From assembly GCA_039683575.1 (NCBI GenBank), contig JBDKRC010000151.1:1-36074 (forward strand): DNA of 36,074 nt, given 5' to 3'. The DNA comes from Armatimonadia bacterium. GTDB taxonomy: Bacteria; Armatimonadota; Zipacnadia; Zipacnadales; UBA11051. Both the position numbers and the translations under genes were made by a program. Shown here piece after piece: positions 1 to 7,004 of the stretch. Within the stretch, counting starts at the first letter, position 1; each line of letters opens with the position of its first letter. The notes below the pieces were generated by a model. That model made no database searches and had not been told where the DNA came from. It worked only from the letters and a program-made list of their open reading frames with translations.

Positions 1-139
1 GATCTAGGGGCCCTACATCTTCTACGTGGACTTCGAGGGCCACGAGACCGAGCCGATGGTGCATGCGGCCCTGGAGGGCCTGCGGGAGCAGTGCCAGACG
101 CTCAAGGTGCTCGGCAGCTATCCCGTAGCCTCGGATTAG
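1..139 (+). CDS. pheA: 3' end of prephenate dehydratase (C-terminal ACT domain), partial at window edge
   Basis: Not in the ORF track. Frame 2 from nt 8 reads GPYIFYVDFEGHETEPMVHAALEGLREQCQTLKVLGSYPVASD*, matching the PheA ACT pattern YxFxVDxEGH...LKVLGSYP. An in-frame TAG lies at 5-7 (see findings). Confidence 0.85.
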
Positions 140-186
140 CAGCGAAAGACGACAGCCGCCCATCTGCTCCGCCGCAAAGCCCCGGG

Positions 187-255
187 AAAAAACTGGGAGG
201 GCTCTTCGAGATTCTGAAGCGATGTCCGCTCCAGCGCCGAAGACCCCTCCCTTTT
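187..255. terminator. Probable bidirectional terminator or stem-loop between convergent genes
   Basis: Inverted arms GGGAGGG-C-TCTTCG (195-208) and CGAAGA-C-CCCTCCC (238-251), with an A-run before and TTTT after; the loop is large. Confidence 0.5.
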
Positions 256-273
256 GCTTTACGTAATCCTCTG

Positions 274-1317
274 CTACATCGTCAGCTGATCGGTCTCGTC
301 CACCGCCATCTGCTCCATGTCGTCTTCCGCTGCTTTGCGCTGAGGAATGTTGGCGACACTCACGCCCTGAATCTCAGCCATCTTTGCGAGCGCCTGCTGG
401 CCAGCTTCAGTCCGGGGGAACTCGGTGAGTTGCTCGATGCGCTCGCGCAACCCGGGCTGAGAGGACATAAACTGCCCCACTTTGAAGTGCCGCTCGATCT
501 GCTTGGCGTCGGTTGAGATGTCGCCGGCACTGTCGATGTACGCCTGCAACTCCTCGCGGGTGATGCCCGCATTGGGGTCGGCGACAACGGCGAACTTCAC
601 AATCGCGGCGTTCAGGATCGAGGGCCGCAGCATGACCAGGAGCGCGCCGCGGTCAGCGGTGAACTCGATAAGCTCGGCCCAGGCCCGGCCAAAGAACCCA
701 ATGAGCAGGACGGGAAACAGCCCGATCTTGACCCCCAGGCCGGAGCTCCTGATGAAGGTCTCGGCAAGGTCGAGGCGTACGTGCTTGCACGCGTGGTGCG
801 TCACTTCGTGTGCCATCAGCGCCTCAAACTCCTCGGGCGCCATGGCATCACGCAGAGCTTGGCTGGCGATAATACTGCCACGGCCGCCGGCCAGGCTGTA
901 CATGAGAGGCTGCGGATCGCTTACCAGGTACATGTCTGGCGGGGTCTTCATCCCCAGCAGGCTCGCCTGCCGTGCCAGCACGCGGTACAGGTCCGCAAAG
1001 TTGTTGTTCATGACCTTTGACTGCCGCCCGGCCTTCTTCATCAGCGTGGCTCGAGGCTTAGCAGCGAGCCAGTTGCCGATCAAGACGGCAGCAATCGGAT
1101 AGACCACAATGTACAGGGGGATGTAGAACTTCTGCGCGGCGGTCTCCGGCTTGTTCAGCATTAGGAACGCGCCTGCCGCCAGCCACCCGAACAGGATGAT
1201 TACCCCGATGATCCCGGTCCAGTAGCTGCCCTTTTCGCCCGGAAAAGCGAAGTCGCAGACACGCAGCCCCACCGCCTTTTGGACCTTTGTCTTCTTCGTC
1301 TTGGTTTTGCGTGCCAA
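274..1317 (-). CDS. M48 family (HtpX-like) membrane zinc metalloprotease
   Basis: Two N-terminal hydrophobic helices, HEVTH (HExxH) zinc motif and downstream EFTADR motif. The TTG start directly follows the upstream stop. Confidence 0.85.
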   Translation of the reverse strand: MARKTKTKKTKVQKAVGLRVCDFAFPGEKGSYWTGIIGVIILFGWLAAGAFLMLNKPETAAQKFYIPLYIVVYPIAAVLIGNWLAAKPRATLMKKAGRQSKVMNNNFADLYRVLARQASLLGMKTPPDMYLVSDPQPLMYSLAGGRGSIIASQALRDAMAPEEFEALMAHEVTHHACKHVRLDLAETFIRSSGLGVKIGLFPVLLIGFFGRAWAELIEFTADRGALLVMLRPSILNAAIVKFAVVADPNAGITREELQAYIDSAGDISTDAKQIERHFKVGQFMSSQPGLRERIEQLTEFPRTEAGQQALAKMAEIQGVSVANIPQRKAAEDDMEQMAVDETDQLTM

Positions 1318-2595
1318 CTAAATGTCACCGTCCTCCCTTGCGCCGCGTACGACGCGAACCCTCTTTACGTGCCGCCCATCGCTGTCCTCCACAGTCATCT
1401 GTACCGCTTGCACCTCGAACACTTCCCCTTCCAGGGGAATATGACCTGCCAGCCCGGAGATCAACCCGCCGATTGTTTCGTATTGGTCCTCTGGCAGCTC
1501 CGTGCACAGTCGCTCATTGAGCTCGTCGATTCTCATCTTCCCGCTGACCAGCGCCTCGGTCTCGCACACCAACTCCAACTGGTCTTCGGCCACATCGTGC
1601 TCATCGGCGATCTCGCCAACCAACTCTTCCAGAATGTCCTCAATGGTGACTAAACCGTCGGTCCCGCCGTAGTCATCCACGACTATGGCGATATGAACGC
1701 GGTGTTCGCGCATCTCCCGCAGCAGGTCGTCAATTCGTTTGGTCCCCGGCACATACACAGGCGGCCGGGCGATGTCCGTCAGCGTGAAGCTCGTATCGCC
1801 GGTCCCGAGCCGCCGCAGCACGTCATTGATATAGACGATCCCAGTGATGCTGTCCAGGGTCTCGGAATAGATCGGTATGCGCGAGTAGCCGCTGCGTCCG
1901 GCGACTGCCGCGAATTCCTCAACGGAAGTGGTATCCTCCGCCGCCACGATGTCCACGCGTGGCACCATGATCCCCCGCACCTGGGTCTCGCCGAGGTCGA
2001 TGACGCTGTCAAGCATCTGCGCTTCCTCGGCGTCCACCATCCCCTCTTCCTCGCTCACGTCCGCCGCGATGCGGATCTCGTCCAGGGTCATGAGTTGGCC
2101 ATTGCGGCCATGGCCCCGCAGCTTGCGCAGCAGCGGCCGGGACAGCCGGGCGAGGATGATCACCACAGGCCGCAGGACCGCCGCCAGCACCGCGATAGCG
2201 GGCGCCACTGCCAGTGAGGACCGCTCGGGATACAGGCTGCCGTACGTTTTGGGCGTCAACTCGGCAAAGAGCAGGATCACCAGGACCATGCCGATATGCG
2301 CGAGTTCATCAATCAGATGCCCCTGGTGGGCCAGGCGATAGCGTACCAGCAGCGTCATCACCGTCGAGATGATGATGACGAACAGGTTCATGCCGACGAT
2401 AATGGCGCTGAGGTAGTTTGAGTCCGAGAGCAGGCGGACGACGATCTGGGCCCGCCGCTCACGCTTCTCGGACAGCCACCGCAGGCGCGCCTCATTCATC
2501 CCCAGGAACGCCGCCTCAGCAAGCGAGCAAAAGAAGATGCCTACCAGGCAGACGCATATGGCGAGCACCCCAAGCCACAACAGCGGGTCACTCAT
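1318..2595 (-). CDS. Hemolysin/CNNM family protein (DUF21-CBS pair-CorC), copy 2
   Basis: FFCSLAEAAF, LFAELTPK, IMVPRVDI, YSRIPIY, VVDDYGGTDGLVTIEDILEELVGEI and YETIGG motifs. ATG at 2595 overlaps the upstream TGA (ATGAGTGA). Confidence 0.92.
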   Translation of the reverse strand: MSDPLLWLGVLAICVCLVGIFFCSLAEAAFLGMNEARLRWLSEKRERRAQIVVRLLSDSNYLSAIIVGMNLFVIIISTVMTLLVRYRLAHQGHLIDELAHIGMVLVILLFAELTPKTYGSLYPERSSLAVAPAIAVLAAVLRPVVIILARLSRPLLRKLRGHGRNGQLMTLDEIRIAADVSEEEGMVDAEEAQMLDSVIDLGETQVRGIMVPRVDIVAAEDTTSVEEFAAVAGRSGYSRIPIYSETLDSITGIVYINDVLRRLGTGDTSFTLTDIARPPVYVPGTKRIDDLLREMREHRVHIAIVVDDYGGTDGLVTIEDILEELVGEIADEHDVAEDQLELVCETEALVSGKMRIDELNERLCTELPEDQYETIGGLISGLAGHIPLEGEVFEVQAVQMTVEDSDGRHVKRVRVVRGAREDGDI

Positions 2596-3886
2596 CACTC
2601 TCAACGTCCCTTGCTTGCCAGGGCTCGCCGGGCTCCGGCAACGTCACGCGAATCCGTTCAAGGCGCGGGCCGTGTGATTTCTCAACGGTCAGGGTCAATT
2701 CCCCAAACTTGAAGCTCTCGCCCTGTGAAGGAATCCGGCCTGCGATGTCAAAGATCAGACCGCCCAGGGACTCGTATTCGTCCGCGGGAAGCTGGGCATG
2801 CACGTAATCCTGTAGCTGATAGAGACCTATCCGGGCATCGCAGAGCAACTCCGTCTCCGATAGCTCCACGATCTCCGGCTCTTCAACATCGTATTCGTCC
2901 ACGATGTCGCCGACTATCTCTTCCAACAGGTCCTCGACCGTCACTAACCCGGCCGTGCCTCCGTACTCGTCTGTCACTACCGCCAGTATCTGCCGCCGTA
3001 ACTGCAGTTGTCGCAATAGTTCATCCGCTGGCAAGCTCTCAGGCACATGGTGCACGGCCCGCGCCACCACCCTGGCCTCTCGATCCATCTCATTCTTGAT
3101 CAGGTATGGCAGCAGGTCTTTGAGGTGTAGGACGCCGATGATATCGTCGGGCGTCTCCTCATATACCGGCAAGCGCGAGTGGTGTTCCTGCAGCCCGAGG
3201 GAAAGAGCCTCTCGCAGGGTCTGCTCGGCTTCAACGCACACCATGTCGGGCCGCGGGGTCATGATCTGCGCCGCCGTACGGTCACCGAAGTCCAGTACCC
3301 CGTGCATCATCCGCCTCTCCCCGGCCTCCAGCACCCCCTGCTCCTCGCTCTGTTCAATCATGGCCTTGAGATGCTCTTCGCTGACCCCTGGCAACAGGGA
3401 CCCCGTGCGGACGCCAATGATGAAGAGAATGCTGCGGGAGATAAAGGAGAGAACCACCACGACGGGCAGGAGAACAACTGCTACAGGTGCCACGGCCATG
3501 GCGCCAAGCCGTGCCACGCGGTCCGGCGACCCAGCGCCTAGCTGAATTGGCACCACTTCACAGAAAACGACAATGACGATCGTCATGATGACGACCGCCA
3601 CCAGTGGCCCAAAACGTGGGTCTATGTACTGCACGGCCAGCGTAGTGGCCACGCGCTCTGCCATGTAGTTCGAGAGCGTGATTCCGAGCAGCAGGACGGT
3701 CAGGGCAAGCGGGCGATGCCGGTAAAGCATCACCAGCACCTTGGATCCCCGCAGCCTCTGCTCGCTCATCTGCCGCGCGCGGCTGCGACTCAGGGCCAGA
3801 AAGGCTGCTTCCGAACCAGAGAAAAACGCGGCCAGCGCCAGGAGCACTACAAGCTTAGCTAAGTCGCCTTCAGGCGAACCATCCAC
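2588..3886 (-). CDS. Hemolysin/CNNM family protein (DUF21-CBS pair-CorC), copy 1
   Basis: AFFSGSEAAF, IMTPRPDM, HSRLPVY, DEYGGTAGLVTVEDLLEEIVGDI and YESLGG motifs. GTG start with GGGAGG RBS. Confidence 0.92.
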   Translation of the reverse strand: MDGSPEGDLAKLVVLLALAAFFSGSEAAFLALSRSRARQMSEQRLRGSKVLVMLYRHRPLALTVLLLGITLSNYMAERVATTLAVQYIDPRFGPLVAVVIMTIVIVVFCEVVPIQLGAGSPDRVARLGAMAVAPVAVVLLPVVVVLSFISRSILFIIGVRTGSLLPGVSEEHLKAMIEQSEEQGVLEAGERRMMHGVLDFGDRTAAQIMTPRPDMVCVEAEQTLREALSLGLQEHHSRLPVYEETPDDIIGVLHLKDLLPYLIKNEMDREARVVARAVHHVPESLPADELLRQLQLRRQILAVVTDEYGGTAGLVTVEDLLEEIVGDIVDEYDVEEPEIVELSETELLCDARIGLYQLQDYVHAQLPADEYESLGGLIFDIAGRIPSQGESFKFGELTLTVEKSHGPRLERIRVTLPEPGEPWQARDVESDE

Positions 3887-3934
3887 TAACAGAAACCTCC
3901 CACTGTCTGCGGCAATGTCCGCGACAGCGTCACT

Positions 3935-3962
3935 ATTATAGCATAGAAGAACAATCTCTGAA
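3935..3962 (-). promoter_or_regulatory. Sigma70-type promoter for the CNNM-CNNM-M48 operon
   Basis: Minus strand TTCAGA-N16-TATAAT with an extended -10 (TGcTATAAT), about 50 nt upstream of the GTG start. Confidence 0.65.
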
Positions 3963-3976
3963 CAGGGGCCATTGCG

Positions 3977-4426
3977 TTAGCCTGGCGGCATCGGCGGTGG
4001 CGCGGCCGGCGGCGGGGCCGGTCGACGTTCTTCCGTCGGGCCAGCCACAGCCGGCTCAGGTAGGGCTTCGACCACTGGAGTGGGGGCAGAAGCGGCCACT
4101 GGCGCCGCCACCGGCGCGGAGGCCTGCGGCTTCGCTTGCAGCAGCGCGTTGGTCAGGCGCGTGTTCTCCTCGATGTCGAGGACGACGATGATGCCCTCCG
4201 CCCACGCGTAGAACATGATGAAGTACAGAATGCCAATGGGGATCATCATGAGACCGCCCACCATTCCTGCCGCGGGGCCCTGAAGGCCCTCAAGCCCGCC
4301 GGCCCGCCCGCCCGTGCTTAGCATCACTATGCCCATGATCACTATGCCGATGAGAGCCAACCAGGCAAGGACCTTCAGCACGATCGCGATAAGCCTAAGT
4401 ACGCCAAAGCGCTTTTCCACAACCAT
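3977..4426 (-). CDS. Small membrane protein (2 TM) with Pro/Ala-rich C-terminal tail
   Basis: Two hydrophobic segments followed by DIEENTR and a low-complexity tail; GAGGAGG RBS. Confidence 0.75.
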   Translation of the reverse strand: MVVEKRFGVLRLIAIVLKVLAWLALIGIVIMGIVMLSTGGRAGGLEGLQGPAAGMVGGLMMIPIGILYFIMFYAWAEGIIVVLDIEENTRLTNALLQAKPQASAPVAAPVAASAPTPVVEALPEPAVAGPTEERRPAPPPAAPPPMPPG

Positions 4427-4455
4427 TTCAGACCCTCCTCAGGTTACAGCGCGTT

Positions 4456-4647
4456 CTAGCTTTCACTCCACGAGATCGCCGTGACCGGGCAGCCGTCTAT
4501 CGCCTGCTGTATCGTGGCCTCATCATCGCCCTGAGGATCAACCACCTGCGCGACCGCATCCTCATTGAGCTCAAAAGTCTTCGGAGCGAGCTGGGTACAC
4601 AGCCCACAGCCAATACAGGTGTCCTGATCCACAACTGGAATGGCCAT
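4456..4647 (-). CDS. Single-cluster [4Fe-4S]/[3Fe-4S] ferredoxin
   Basis: CIGCGLC...APxxF...CPVTAI pattern; AAGGAG RBS. Confidence 0.93.
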   Translation of the reverse strand: MAIPVVDQDTCIGCGLCTQLAPKTFELNEDAVAQVVDPQGDDEATIQQAIDGCPVTAISWSES

Positions 4648-4785
4648 TGCAGCGTCTCCTTATATATAGCTATTGGACGAAGCTCTGCCGAATCCTTCCG
4701 CGCCCTCGCTTACTCATCGTGAGGAGGCGGTTTGGTTGTTGTTGACGAATAGCTCTATCATAAGTGCGAAGGGGAGACCAGCATA

Positions 4786-5217
4786 ATGTACAAGACAATC
4801 ATGTTGACCCTGGACCGTTCAGGGCTGGCCGAGCAGGCAATTCCGCATGCCGTTGCCCTGGCCAAAAGCTTCGGCGCGCGGCTGGAGGTAGTGAGCGTGG
4901 TGCCTTTGCCCGGCTCCGAGGCGACCGCCGTCACCGGCGCGGATGTTGACTGGGAACTCGAGGTAGCCACGTACAAGGAGTATCTGGCCGGCGTTATGGC
5001 GCGGATTGCGGACGAAGGCGTGCCTGCGACCCAGGAGATCCGGCGCGGCAATATCGCTGAGGAAATCATCCGCCACGTCGACGAGGCCGGAGTGGACCTT
5101 ATCGTAATGTCCACCCACGGGCGTTCAGGGGTGGGCCGCTGGGTCTATGGCAGCATCGCTGACCGGGTGTTGCGCTACGCCCCGGTACCCGTGCTGCTCG
5201 TACGGGCAGCGGAGTAA
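4786..5217 (+). CDS. Universal stress protein (UspA family)
   Basis: MYKTIMLTLD start, DLIVMSTHGRSGVGRWVYGSIADRVLR and PVLLVR motifs. Confidence 0.95.
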   Translation: MYKTIMLTLDRSGLAEQAIPHAVALAKSFGARLEVVSVVPLPGSEATAVTGADVDWELEVATYKEYLAGVMARIADEGVPATQEIRRGNIAEEIIRHVDEAGVDLIVMSTHGRSGVGRWVYGSIADRVLRYAPVPVLLVRAAE

Positions 5218-5219
5218 CC

Positions 5220-6284
5220 ATGGCCAAGACCGATACTCGCCTCTCGCCCCGCGAAGCCGGAGTGGTGCTGCAGACGTGGCGCCTCAAGCCGATCTTCACA
5301 CGCCCCGGTGGTGGCACTGCCAACGCTTCGTTGATCGTCGTCGGCTCCCGTGGGACCTTCATCCTCCGCCGCCGCAATCCCCGCTACGCCAATCCGGATC
5401 AGCTCACCTATGATCACGCCGTCCTGCATGGTCTGGCGAAGGCGGGCCTACCCGTCCCGAGGATCGTCCGCACTCCACAGGGCAGCCGCTGGGTTGAGCA
5501 TGACGGGCACATCTACGAGCTTTTCGAGTTCATTGAGGGAGTGCCGGCTGATCCTGAGAGCCTTGACGAAGTCGAGGCGGCGGGCCACATGCTGGCGCGC
5601 TTCCACCTGGCCACCGAGCGCATGGAAGTCAAGGGAACGAAGCAGTGGCCGAGGTATTTCGACCCGCGAGTGTCACTCCGGGGGCTGCATGATGCGGGGA
5701 AGCGGCTGGTCCGTGGAGATACCGGGAATCTGGGGGATATCTCAGTCGAACAGGCCGCCGACACCATTGACTACCTGATCGAGCAGGCTCACCGCGCCGA
5801 GCGTGAGCTGCCTGACAGAGCCTACAAGGCTTTGCCCCACACGATCATCCACGGTGACTGGCACCCGGCCAACCTCCGCTTCCGCGACCACGAGGTTGTC
5901 GGCATCTTCGACTTTGACTGGGTGGGCCGGCAGCCCCGGATGGTTGACGTGACTGACGGGCTGCTGTTTTTCGGTGGTCGCCGCCGCGGCAAGCTCGACG
6001 GCGGGGACATCTGGTCACTCACCCAGGGCTTCGATCTCATCTGGGAGCGGCTGGAGCGGTTCATGGCCGCCTACCGTCACCATATCAACCTCACTCGGAG
6101 CGAGTTGCAGGCGCTCCCGGCGCTCATGCGCCAGCGCTGCCTGTACAACCGAGTGGATGCCATGGTACGCAAGATCGAGCCGCCGGACCAGGTGCGCTTC
6201 CTGGTGACGGACGTGCGCGGCCCCTTTGAGTGGATCGAAGCCAATCAGGAGAAGCTGAAAACAGGGGACTGGGGAATGTCGTAA
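5220..6284 (+). CDS. APH/choline kinase/type II homoserine kinase family phosphotransferase
   Basis: Brenner-type motif IIHGDWHPAN and IFDFD; starts 2 nt after the USP stop. Confidence 0.85.
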   Translation: MAKTDTRLSPREAGVVLQTWRLKPIFTRPGGGTANASLIVVGSRGTFILRRRNPRYANPDQLTYDHAVLHGLAKAGLPVPRIVRTPQGSRWVEHDGHIYELFEFIEGVPADPESLDEVEAAGHMLARFHLATERMEVKGTKQWPRYFDPRVSLRGLHDAGKRLVRGDTGNLGDISVEQAADTIDYLIEQAHRAERELPDRAYKALPHTIIHGDWHPANLRFRDHEVVGIFDFDWVGRQPRMVDVTDGLLFFGGRRRGKLDGGDIWSLTQGFDLIWERLERFMAAYRHHINLTRSELQALPALMRQRCLYNRVDAMVRKIEPPDQVRFLVTDVRGPFEWIEANQEKLKTGDWGMS

Positions 6285-6294
6285 GGCAAGCCGT

Positions 6295-6969
6295 TCAGGA
6301 CGCCTGTAGCTTGCTGTATTCCCACTCCATCATCGCCACCGCCTCTTCCTCCGCCTGCGCCAGCGTGTCCATGACGAACTGCACCGTCAGATATTGAGGC
6401 TCCTGCTGCCCGTAGTACGCCGGCGGCAGGGCCTCCAGGACCACCTGCTGCCGCCACGCGTTAAGCTCCCCGGTCTTCAGCGGAGGAATGGTGAACTGGG
6501 CCGTGGCCTGCTCCAAATGCCAGCGGATGTCCTCGAGAGCGCTCGCTTCCTGCTGGTATATTTGCTGATCTACCCACGCCGCCTCGTCGTGGAACTCCTG
6601 CCGTAGCGTCATGCGCTCAAGCCGCCCCGCCTCTGCCATGAGTTGCCACAGCTCCGGCAGGTCATGCCTGATTCTCTGACGCCAGACGTCATCGGCGCAG
6701 ACGTGGGTCAGCCAGCCGGTGAAGAACGAACGCACCTGCAGATCGTCTTCCCCCAGGGCCCTCTGCAGGTAATTGCGCAGGAAGTCCGCCAGCCTGTAAC
6801 CCACTCGGCGCTGGCTGCGGAAATGCAGGTCGCGGTAGCTGAGATGTACCGCGATCCGGTGCGCGTCGGGCGCGATAGCGCCGAGGTAAAGCGGAGAGCG
6901 CGCCTCTTCCGGCCATCCCAGCCGTACCCTCACGCGCTCTGCAACCAGCAAGTGTCCCTGTTCGGTCAT
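6295..6969 (-). CDS. Zinc-dependent phospholipase C-like family protein
   Basis: N-terminal His, LGAIAPD, a later His and GWLTHVCAD motifs typical of this fold. Confidence 0.65.
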   Translation of the reverse strand: MTEQGHLLVAERVRVRLGWPEEARSPLYLGAIAPDAHRIAVHLSYRDLHFRSQRRVGYRLADFLRNYLQRALGEDDLQVRSFFTGWLTHVCADDVWRQRIRHDLPELWQLMAEAGRLERMTLRQEFHDEAAWVDQQIYQQEASALEDIRWHLEQATAQFTIPPLKTGELNAWRQQVVLEALPPAYYGQQEPQYLTVQFVMDTLAQAEEEAVAMMEWEYSKLQAS

Positions 6970-7004
6970 GTGATGCCTCTCTTCCGCCTGATGGCGAATC
7001 TGAA

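Noticed and set aside
5-7. Amber recoding (pyrrolysine or alternative code)
   Set aside because: TAG serves as the normal stop in many genes here, and no other gene is interrupted by TAG.
91-516. 141-aa + strand ORF
   Set aside because: It overlaps the pheA end out of frame, the terminator and the M48 gene antisense; no motifs.
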